From: Mobula hypostoma
Taxonomy: Eukaryota
DNA length: 64,000 nt
Reading direction: 5' to 3'
Assembly: GCF_963921235.1 (NCBI RefSeq)
Contig: NC_086097.1
Location: 155,188,001-155,252,000, forward strand
The notes under the pieces were generated by a model. It was not told where the DNA came from. It made no database searches and saw only the letters and a program-made list of their open reading frames with translations. The position numbers and the translations under genes were made by a program. Positions 54,901-61,480 of the stretch are shown in pieces. Position 1 is the stretch's first letter. Each line of letters starts with the position of its first letter.

Positions 54901-56878
54901 ATACACCCAGTGGCCACGTTTTTTCAGATACAGGTGGCAACTGTATTTAATATAAAAACCTTGATACAGCGATCGTGCCTAAACATCTATTCTCTCACAC
55001 TCACTCGCTCACACATCTCACTCATGTTGGTATGAGACAATTTTTACCTTCAGCTTCTTTGTGAGAGTTTGCATTCAAATCTTCTGTATATTTTGTGATG
55101 TGAACTGAATCCTCTTTGCAGAATCTTGACTGCAGTGTCATATCAGCGGGCACCATTCCCTCACCTCGGCAGCCCTCTTGTTCACATCTTTGCCGATCTC
55201 TGTGGAGTTTTTGATTTGTTCTTGGCCATCTTCTCTTGTATTCTGTCTTCCCGTCCTCAGCCAATCTCACCTCTGCATACCTTCGTTTCTTAACGCCAAG
55301 AAACTTTCCTACTGATTGCAATCTTCCACTCAATGGAGCTCTTCTGTCACCCACCTTTGTGGTGTCATCTGATCCACACTCTGGACTCTGTTCATCGTTC
55401 TGCACTTGTTCTTCACTGCTCATTCCTCGATCCCCTCTTTTAAGTCCCACTTTCTCTTCTCCCACAATTACATTGTCTTTCCTTTCATTATTCACTTCCT
55501 CCTCAGCAATGATTCCTTCATCCTTAATTTCATTTATCATGTTCTCATCCCAGGTATCTCCGTTTTTGAACACTTGGTTCATTGTTGGGACAGCCACCTC
55601 TGACGGAAAATTCCCAACAGCTAGCTCGGGACCTGGCTGTTCCAGTAAACTAATTCCATGCTGCTTTCCTTCATCCCCTTCTTCCATATTATAACCCCCA
55701 ATATTCTGGCTCTCCGGTTTCCTATTCAGAGCTCCTTCCTCTGAATAACCTTCCTGGAAATCCAGGCTACCCTCACCTGGACACAAATTTTCAGTTTCAT
55801 GTTCTGACTCTCTAATCTCAGGAGCCAAGCTTTCAGCTTCCAGATTTTCCGTCTCGATGATTACTGGTAGACTCGAGCACCCCAAGTTTTCTGGCTCCAC
55901 TCGCTCAACTTCCTGCTGGGCGACGCCTGCTCCAAGCTCAGCTTCCCCAGCTTGGGGGCCCTTCCTGGCATTCTTCCTGCGGGCCCAGAGGCTGGCGGCA
56001 ACAGCGGCCCCAACAGCTAGCTCGGGACCTGGCTTTCCATCTGGCTGTTCTAGTAAACTAATTCCATGCTGCTTTCCTTCATCCCCTTCTTCCATATTAT
56101 CACCCCCAATATTCTGGCTCTCTGGTTTCCTATTCAGAGCTCCTTGCTCTGAATAACCTTCCTGCAAATCCAGGCTACCCTCACCTGGACACAAATTTTC
56201 AGTTTCATGTTCTGACTCTCTAACCTCAGGAGCCAAGCTTTCAGCTTCCAGATTTTCCATCTTGATGATTACTGGTAGACTCGAGCACCCCAAGTTTTCT
56301 GGCTCCACTCGCTCAACGTCCTGCTGGGCGACGCCTGCTCCGAGCTCAGCTTCCCCAGCTTGGGGGCCCTTCCTGGCATTCTTCCTGCGGGCCCAGAGGC
56401 TGGCGGCAACAGCGGCCCCAACAGCTAGCTCGGGACCTGGCTTTCCATCTGGCTGTTCTAGTAAACTAATTCCATGCTGCTTTCCTTCATCCCCTTCTTC
56501 CATATTATCACCCCCAATATTCTGGCTCTCTGGTTTCCTATTCAGAGCTCCTTCCTCTGAATAACCTTCCTGGAAATCCAGGCTACCCTCACCTGGACAC
56601 AAATTTTCCGTTTCATGTTCTGACTCTGTAACCTCGGGAGCCAAGCTTCCAGCTTCCAGATTTTCTGTCTCGATGATTACTGGTAGACTCGAGCACCCCA
56701 AGTTTTCTGGCTCCACTCGCTCAACGTCCTGCTGGGCGATGCCTGCTCTGAGCTCAGCTTCCCCAGCTAGGGGGCCCTACCTGGTATTCTTCCTGCGGGC
56801 CCAGAGGCTGGCGGCAACAGCGGCCCCAACAGCTGACAGGCTGAGGAGCAGCAGCGCAGATAGTTTGTGGCAGCACAT
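6077..56878 (-). CDS. PLCD1-like: Phosphoinositide phospholipase C delta-like gene (divergent PLCD1-like paralogue), 15 predicted exons; span of the gene model
   Basis: Hand-spliced exons give PH, EF-hands, X box (SSSHNT, GCRxxEL, IYHG), Y box (RVYP..RTDSSNY, VALNFQT) and C2 ([29 protein letters not shown]). Exons 2-15 total 2186 nt in one open frame. Family is secure; delta1 versus delta3/4 orthology is not proven; the exon 1 link is inferred from phase. Confidence 0.9.
8415..8564 (-). CDS. PLCD1-like: PLC-delta exon 14 (C2 domain)
   Basis: tttcag|GT TTC...CAA G|gtattg; 150 nt; [50 protein letters not shown]. Confidence 0.95.
8735..9215 (-). mobile_element. Degenerate 3' derivative of the Penelope-like element
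   Basis: Similar to 22860-23370 ([11 protein letters not shown]...[13 protein letters not shown] plus purine-rich tract); related pieces at about 28965-29620 and 35440-35880. Confidence 0.7.
9243..9552 (+). mobile_element. Possible LTR remnant
   Basis: TGTG...CACA termini, TATAAATA at about 9401, AGTAAA at about 9489, PBS-like GGTGTCGAACC just after; no TSD seen. Confidence 0.35.
10904..11039 (-). CDS. PLCD1-like: PLC-delta exon 13 (C2 domain)
   Basis: ccacag|GTC ATC...AAT G|gtaagt; 136 nt; [45 protein letters not shown]. Confidence 0.94.
12035..12210 (-). CDS. PLCD1-like: PLC-delta exon 12 (end of Y box, linker to C2)
   Basis: ctgcag|TG GCC...GTG CTG|gtaaga; 176 nt; [38 protein letters not shown]...NRKKLSVL. 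Confidence 0.94.
12953..12982. repeat. (TG)n microsatellite
   Basis: About 15 perfect TG units within a TG-rich tract. Confidence 0.9.
14354..14467 (-). CDS. PLCD1-like: PLC-delta exon 11 (Y box, Arg549/Tyr551 equivalents)
   Basis: ttgcag|GC TCC...ATA G|gtaaac; 114 nt; [37 protein letters not shown]. Confidence 0.93.
   Translation of the reverse strand, partial: APLSSAMPNSWTGYIQKTGGPTRLTTLPLTCGTPATR
15930..17182 (-). mobile_element. Penelope-like retroelement, 5'-truncated (GIY-YIG endonuclease)
   Basis: ORF 16326..16715 [28 protein letters not shown]; same family as 22840-25022. Confidence 0.88.
17244..17400 (-). CDS. PLCD1-like: PLC-delta exon 10 (start of Y box)
   Basis: ttccag|GAT GCA...TCG G|gtaaga; 157 nt; [52 protein letters not shown]. 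Confidence 0.92.
18190..19050 (-). mobile_element. Degenerate CR1-type LINE 3' fragment
   Basis: Tail CCATAAGAAATAGGAGCAG and ORF2 remnants ([15 protein letters not shown]) similar to 43076-43790. Confidence 0.75.
20413..20553 (-). CDS. PLCD1-like: PLC-delta exon 9 (end of X box and acidic X-Y linker)
   Basis: atgtag|GAA CTG...GAA AAG|gtgagt; 141 nt; [47 protein letters not shown]. Confidence 0.93.
21606..21746 (-). CDS. PLCD1-like: PLC-delta exon 8 (X box; canonical SLENHC reads FLRSHC)
   Basis: ttccag|GTC ACT...CCT GAG|gtaagg; 141 nt; [47 protein letters not shown]; this frame is absent from the ORF track. Confidence 0.93.
22840..25022 (-). mobile_element. Penelope-like retroelement (RT + GIY-YIG), 5'-truncated, one frameshift
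   Basis: RT motifs [26 protein letters not shown] (ORF 23593..24630); GIY-YIG in ORF 23270..24013; frameshift near 24030. Confidence 0.92.
27630..28290 (+). mobile_element. Degenerate CR1-type LINE 3' fragment
   Basis: [12 protein letters not shown] and following ORF2/3'UTR remnants. Confidence 0.7.
29660..29804 (-). CDS. PLCD1-like: PLC-delta exon 7 (X box, His356 equivalent)
   Basis: catcag|T GAA...TTT ACG|gtaagc; 145 nt; [48 protein letters not shown]. Confidence 0.95.
30330..30790 (-). mobile_element. CR1-type LINE 3' fragment
   Basis: ORF 30463..30792 [10 protein letters not shown]...LGLFSLE...TRGHSFKV. Confidence 0.8.
32233..32434 (-). CDS. PLCD1-like: PLC-delta exon 6 (start of X box, catalytic His311/Asn312 equivalents)
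   Basis: tgttag|CG AAG...ATT AG|gtactg; 202 nt; [10 protein letters not shown]...[31 protein letters not shown]. Confidence 0.95.
32815..33735 (+). mobile_element. Degenerate HERO-like (RLE-class) non-LTR retrotransposon fragment
   Basis: Across frameshifts: TGRK*KAKDAV...[11 protein letters not shown] and [39 protein letters not shown], a CCHC knuckle of the type preceding RLE domains; clade assigned from memory. Confidence 0.6.
33770..34420 (+). mobile_element. Non-autonomous Tc1-like relic (related copies at about 40782-41235 and 54540-54920)
   Basis: Shared TCAGAAACTGC.GATCTCCTG body and AATAAAGTGGCCACT terminus. Confidence 0.55.
34508..34736 (-). CDS. PLCD1-like: PLC-delta exon 5 (EF-hand region)
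   Basis: cctcag|AAA TGT...GAA G|gtaagc; 229 nt; [28 protein letters not shown]...[11 protein letters not shown]. Confidence 0.92.
36923..37052 (-). CDS. PLCD1-like: PLC-delta exon 4 (EF-hand region)
   Basis: tcgcag|A TTG...TTC AAG|gtacac; 130 nt; [43 protein letters not shown]. Confidence 0.9.
37053..37577 (-). other. U12-type (minor spliceosome) GT-AG intron 3
   Basis: Donor GTATCCTTTG matches the U12 consensus RTATCCTTT; TTCCTTGCA branch-like motif lies about 10-20 nt before the AG. Confidence 0.8.
37083..37275. repeat. 30-bp minisatellite, about 6.5 units (CAGTGGGGTACAGTCCCATCCAAACCCAAA)
   Basis: Directly visible tandem units; one is shortened by 6 bp. Confidence 0.92.
37578..37794 (-). 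CDS. PLCD1-like: PLC-delta exon 3 (PH domain, C-terminal half)
   Basis: ctccag|TC TCC...GAC CA|gtatcctttg; 217 nt; [12 protein letters not shown]...[29 protein letters not shown]. Confidence 0.93.
38470..39420 (+). mobile_element. Degenerate CR1-type LINE ORF2 fragment
   Basis: YINNLD...[12 protein letters not shown] remnant followed by C-terminal CR1 sequence. Confidence 0.75.
42110..42274 (-). CDS. PLCD1-like: PLC-delta exon 2 (PH domain, N-terminal half)
   Basis: cctcag|AA GAC...ATT T|gtgagt; 165 nt; [54 protein letters not shown]. Confidence 0.93.
42500..43068 (+). mobile_element. Old Rex1/L2-like LINE RT remnant, continuing at 43795-43907 and 51851-51920
   Basis: [13 protein letters not shown]...RTLFIDY; resumes as KFADNTT after one CR1 insertion and as NIS..K after the next. 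Confidence 0.7.
43070..43794 (-). mobile_element. Young 5'-truncated CR1 LINE
   Basis: Intact ORF 43160..43573 ([13 protein letters not shown]...RGDLIETFR...[11 protein letters not shown]) and (TCTTATGG)n tail. Confidence 0.9.
45533..45563 (+). promoter_or_regulatory. L1 internal-promoter-like motifs (ETS-like ACTTCCGG, YY1-like ATGGCGGC)
   Basis: Both motifs lie in the first 40 nt of the element. Confidence 0.45.
45665..46654 (+). CDS. L1 ORF1 protein (coiled-coil, RRM, CTD)
   Basis: [31 protein letters not shown] motifs; C-terminus may be frameshifted. Confidence 0.88.
   Translation: MMSKNKNKKSASKADKRKEIQQGEGPSSPTASQDGDNEGESVTLSLILGEIREFRQDNSKQLEDIKGEIVKTNSRIDEAEARIVGIEEKLQNAEEVIAEMLKLQDQLQWKLIDQGGRSRRENVRIYGVPEGTEGKPGLMIPFVEKLLRENLDMPAAKDLQIERAHRALAPQPPAGAQPRSILIRFLSYRMKEKVLKRAWQKKGFMWNNCKISLDHDYAPGILARRKEYTETRRVLKENNIRFQTLYPARLRVFYDEGTKTYATVEEATSDLADRGLPIKVITQPESLLERIRQKSWQLVGRDAPLEPECQTTRKSCKYSDANVQRIQIN
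47013..50807 (+). pseudogene. L1 ORF2 (APE endonuclease, RT, Cys-rich C-terminus), single frame with two stops
   Basis: ORFs at 47013, 48669 and 50550 share one frame; [27 protein letters not shown] motifs; TAA at 48645-48647 inside an apparent 9-nt insertion and TGA at 50451-50453 (HIFW->HIF*). Confidence 0.92.
51920..53520 (+). repeat. Direct duplication of about 450 bp (51920-52365 versus 53097-53515)
   Basis: Collinear similarity including shared junctions between unrelated pieces. Confidence 0.85.
55048..56878 (-). CDS. Candidate exon 1: signal-anchor-like start, 3 x 136-aa acidic repeat, unique charged region; in-frame TAG at 56777-56779
   Basis: ATG at 56878 is in frame with ORF 55022..56716. 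Donor GAAG|gtaaaa after 55048 is phase 1 and matches the exon 2 acceptor (G+AA=Glu). Next in-frame ATG at 56503 has strong context (AATATGG). Confidence 0.6.
55622..56833 (-). repeat. Tandem triplication of a 408-bp (136-codon) unit; third unit has a 12-nt deletion
   Basis: VEPENLG codons recur at 56716, 56308 and 55900 (period 408); units nearly identical. Confidence 0.96.
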
Positions 56879-57185
56879 CCCGCTGTTCCGGGGGATACAA
56901 GTAGAATTCTAACAATATTGCAGAAGCAAAGCAAGAAGGTACTCCCCTCTTCAGCAGGGAGAAGCACAAAACTTGGACTTTGCCAATAGACAACTTCTGT
57001 CCTACAGTTATTAAAATACTTAGCAGTCCCTTGAAAAATAACATGCACTGATGACCTCACAATCTAGCTCATTATGACCTTGCTCAAGAAAATGTACGAG
57101 TATTGTGGACACAGATCATCATGACATCATGAAAACCAGCCTCCCATTTTACATGAAGATGTATTCATGAACTCACAATCTATAT

Positions 57186-58418
57186 AGTCATAGTCATACT
57201 TCATTGATCCCGAGGGAAATTGGATTTCATTACAGTTGCCCATAAATAAATACTAATAAAACAATAAATAATTAAATAGTAATATGTAAATTATGCCAGG
57301 AAATAAGTCCAGGACCAGCCTATTGGCTCAGGGTGTCTGACCCTCCAAGGGAGGAGTTGTAAAGTTTGATGGCCACAGGCGGGAATGACTTCCTATGACG
57401 CTCAGTGTTGCATCTCGGTGGAATGAGTCTCTGGCTGAATGTACTCCAGTGCCCAACCAGTACATTATGTAGTGGGTGGGAGACATTGTCCAAGATGGCA
57501 TGCAACTTGGACAGCATCCTCTTTTCAGACACCACTGTCAGAGAGCCCAGTTCCATCCCCACAACATCACTGGCCTTAGGAATGAGTTTGTTGATTCTGT
57601 TGGTGTCTGCTACCCTCAGCCTGCTGCCCCAGCACACAACAGCAAACATGATAGCACTGGCCACCACAGACTCGTAGAACATCCTCAGCATCGTCCGGCA
57701 GATGTTAAAGGACCTCAGTCTCCTCAGGAAATAGAGACGGCTCTGACCCTTCTTGTAGACAGCCTCAGTGTTCTTTGACCAGTCGAGTTTATTGTCATTT
57801 CGTATCCCCAGGTATTTGTAATCCTCCACCATGTCCACACTGACCCCCTGGATGGAAACAGGGGTCACCGGTGCCTTAGCCCTCCTCAGGTCTACCACCA
57901 GGCTTTAGTCTTTTTCATATTAAGCTGCAGATAATTCCGCTCACACCATGTGACAAAGTTTCCTACCGTAGCCCTGTACTCAGCCTCATCTCCTTTGCTG
58001 ATGCATCCAACTACGGCCGAGTCATCAGAAAACTTCTGAAGATGACAAGACTGTGCAGTAGTTGAAGTCCGAGGTGTAAATGGTGAAGAGAAAGGGAGAC
58101 AAGATAGTCCCCTGTGGAGCCCCAGTGCTGCTGATCACTCTGTCGGACACACAGTGTTGCAAGTACATGTAGTGTGGTCTGCCAGTCAGGTAATCAAGTA
58201 TCCATGACACCAGGAAAGCATCCATCTGCATTGCTGTCAGCTTCTCCCCCAGCAGAGCAGGGAGGATGGTGTTGAATGCACTGGAAAAAAACATGACCCT
58301 CACAGTGCTCGCTGGCTTGTCCAGGTGGGCGTAGACACGGTTCAGCAGGTAGACGATGGCATCCTCAACTCCTAGTCGGGGCTGGCAGGCGAACTGGAGG
58401 GGATCTAAGTGTGGCCTA
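57186..58418 (-). mobile_element. Rex1/Babar-type LINE, 5'-truncated
   Basis: GVEDAIVYLL, GAPQGTILSPFLFTIYTSD, LYFLRRLRSF; (GACTAT)n tail; possible TSD CTATAT. Confidence 0.88.
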
Positions 58419-59284
58419 ACTATATCATCAAGATCTTGCTCGTAACTACAAAATAATGAAAAATGTTTGTGGATACAGTTCAGCACATCATGGAAACCAT
58501 CCTCCCCACCATGAACTGTGTCGGCCCGTCCCACTATCTCAGCAAAAACACCGGCTTATTCAAAGACCTCTCCCATACCAGATATTTTCCCCTCTCCCGT
58601 CTCCCATCAGACGGCAGATACAAAAGCCTTAAAGCACAAACTAGCACCCGACACAAGAACAGCTTCTATCTTTCTGTTATAAGACGATTGAACTGTCCCC
58701 TTATACAATAAGATGGACTCTTTATTTCACAATCTATCTCAATATGATCTTGAAAGTGATCAAAAGAATCTGCAGTGGGATGGACGTAGCTTTGCGCATC
58801 ACCGAAACCAGCCTCCCCTCCACTGACTCTGTCTGCACTTCTCACTGCCTCAGTAAAGCAGCCAGAATAATCAAAGACCCCTCCCACCTCAGACAATATT
58901 TCTTACTACCTCCGGCAAAAGACTCAAAAACCCGAAAGCATGCACCACTCAGCACAAGGACAGCTTCTACCCCGTTTTAAAAAACTATTGGCAGATACAG
59001 TAGGGACAATTAGAAACTTAGATAGGCACATGGATGATAGAAAAAATGTGGGCTCTAATGGGAGGGATTAGATGGATCTCAGAATACTTTGAAAGGTCCG
59101 ATCAACGTCATGAGCTGAATAGCCTGTACTTGGATAGACTCTTGAACTCATTTTGATCTTGCACTTGATTGCTTACTTGTACTGCACTTTCTTTGTGACT
59201 GCTGAACTTTATTCTGCCTTCTGTTAGATTTTTTTTACATTGTACCCATTGCACTAAGTAATCTGTATGAACACTTTGCAAGAT

Positions 59285-59688
59285 AAGTGGCCAAATCAGA
59301 GTCCAGACCTCAATACAATTGAGAAGCTGGCTGGATTTTAAAAGGGCTGTTCACCCATGATCCCCATGCAATCTGACTGAGGTTGAGCAGTGCTGTAAAG
59401 AAGAATGGGGAAAAACTGCAGTGCCCAGATGCGTAAAGCTGATAAATACCTATCTACACAGACTCAAGACTATAATTGCTGCCAAAAGTGCATCTCCTCA
59501 ATACTGACTTGAAGGAGGAGAATACTTATGCAATCAGTTATTTTGTGTTTTATATTTGTAATTAATTTATTTCACTTTGTTTTGACGAGTTTTTTTCTGT
59601 TGATCAGATTTTTTAAAAAGTGAAATTAAATCCACTGAGATCCAATGTTGTAAAATAATAAAATGTGAAAACTTTATATAGGCACTAT
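59285..59688 (+). mobile_element. Degenerate Tc1 3' fragment
   Basis: WPNQSPDLNTIE remnant followed by an AT-rich terminal region. Confidence 0.7.
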
Positions 59689-59999
59689 CGTTGAGGGACC
59701 GAGTGGAATGCCTTCCCCGCACCCCCGGTCTGGGGTCCTGAAGATGGGATGCCAACCCGGAGGGAGAACCTGTGAACTGAGCATTATGTCATCCAAGTAA
59801 AGCCGATGGGGTGAGCGGAGCCAGGCTCCCAAACCCGGGTTACGTGGTGGAGTGGATCCCCTGCCATCTTTGCAGCCTGCACCAGGGATCCCAAGACACC
59901 ACAGCCACGGGAGGATGAGCAACAAGGTAGGTACCACTAATACCATCAGGGAAAGAGGAAGACCAACGGGCCCCAGCATTTAATGCCACAATGTCCACC

Positions 60000-61480
60000 C
60001 TCCAATCTCCTAGTGCACACTGCCATTTTTGATGACGCTTTGCGAACGTGGAAGAGATCTTTGCCGCCATCTGCCAGGTGAATCAGCCTCTCTGCCGTGC
60101 AAAATGCAGTTTGCTGCGCCACCAGACGAAGTTACTGGGGCACATGTTGAATGTGGAAATAAGTGGCAACTGACCCTGAGAACGTGGTGGCGGACAGGGA
60201 ATGACAGATCCCTTGCATTGTCTCCGAGCTTCTTGGCATCGCAGGGCTGGTATCATACTACTGTCCATTTATTACAGACTTCACCACCATCGGCAGTTCC
60301 CTGCAGCAGCTCACATACAAGGGAAAACCCTTCGCCTGGACTGACACCTGCGCTGCCACCTTAAACCAGTTCCGAGCTGCGCTCACCAAGCCTTGGTGCT
60401 GGCAGGCATACCCCAATCCAGCACGCCCTTTCATTGATGACACAGACACCAGCAACAGTGGGCTCAGCGCAGTGCTGTCACAGGAGGGATACCAAGGAAA
60501 ATGCAGTTTGGCATACTTCAGCTGCACCCGGTGCTGCCCAGAAATGAACTATTTTGTCACCCATCAGGAGCTCTTGGCCACTTTCACCCCTACCTCTTCA
60601 GCCGACTGATCCTGCTTCACATGGAGTATGCGCCGTTGACCTGGCTATTGAGCTTCCATGGTCCCAAGAGGCAGCTGGTGCGGTAGCTGGAAGCTCTCCA
60701 TGACTACGATTTTGAGGAGCGGCACCGTGCCGGAAGGCACCACAGCAATGCTGACGTCCATTCTCCTCGTCCCTGTGAGGCCACTGAGTGTCACTACAGT
60801 TGCCACCTCGAAAATGGAGCCAGCAGCAAGCATGGTGGCGACAGTTCAGGCGGCGGCCCGTGGTGAGATAGACCTCCCCATCATTGAGCACAAGCAGCTG
60901 CACTGCGAACACGAAAGTGATGTCACGCTGGCCCGGTTGAAGGGGTAGCTGCATATTGGACGGTGGCTGGAGTGGGCAGAGGTCTCCACCCTGGATCTGG
61001 AGACGAAAGCCCTGCACTCTCAGTGGGGCATACTGGAGGTGCACGATGGGTGGTTGTTACAGCAGTGGCGGTTTTCAGATGGCAACAGACATCTTCTGCA
61101 ACTGTTGGTGCCCCAGGGCTTCTGTGCCGTCGTGCAGCAGTGGGTGCAGAGGCTGGTCAGGGCCTTCCACTTCGGTGTTGCAAAGACATTGGGCAAGCTG
61201 CATGAATGCTTCTACCGGCCTGAGTGCAGTCAGGACGTGGAGCTGTTTGTACACTTGCACATCTCAGAAGGGGCTATACCACCAATGCAGCAGTACCTGG
61301 TGGGGGTCCCAATGGAGTGCGTAGGGTGGCCATCTTGGACCCCAAACCCTCACCGACAGCAGGAAGCACTACGTTCTTGTGGCCATGGATTACTTCATGA
61401 AGTGGCCAGAGGCATACATGGACCCGGACCAGAGCCGCCACCACCACGCTGCTGTTGGAGGCTTCCAGTGAGATTTTGTC
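60000..61480 (+). mobile_element. Degenerate Ty3/Gypsy pol (RT connection, RNase H, integrase)
   Basis: SFLG, FAWTDTC, RPFIDDTDTSNSGLSAVLSQ, HFGVAKTLGKL..FY, YVLVAMDYF.KWPEA across frameshifts. Confidence 0.85.

Noticed and set aside
55236..56912. Plus-strand ORFs (55236, 55857, 56262, 56673)
   Set aside because: Antisense shadows of the repeat-containing minus-strand frame.
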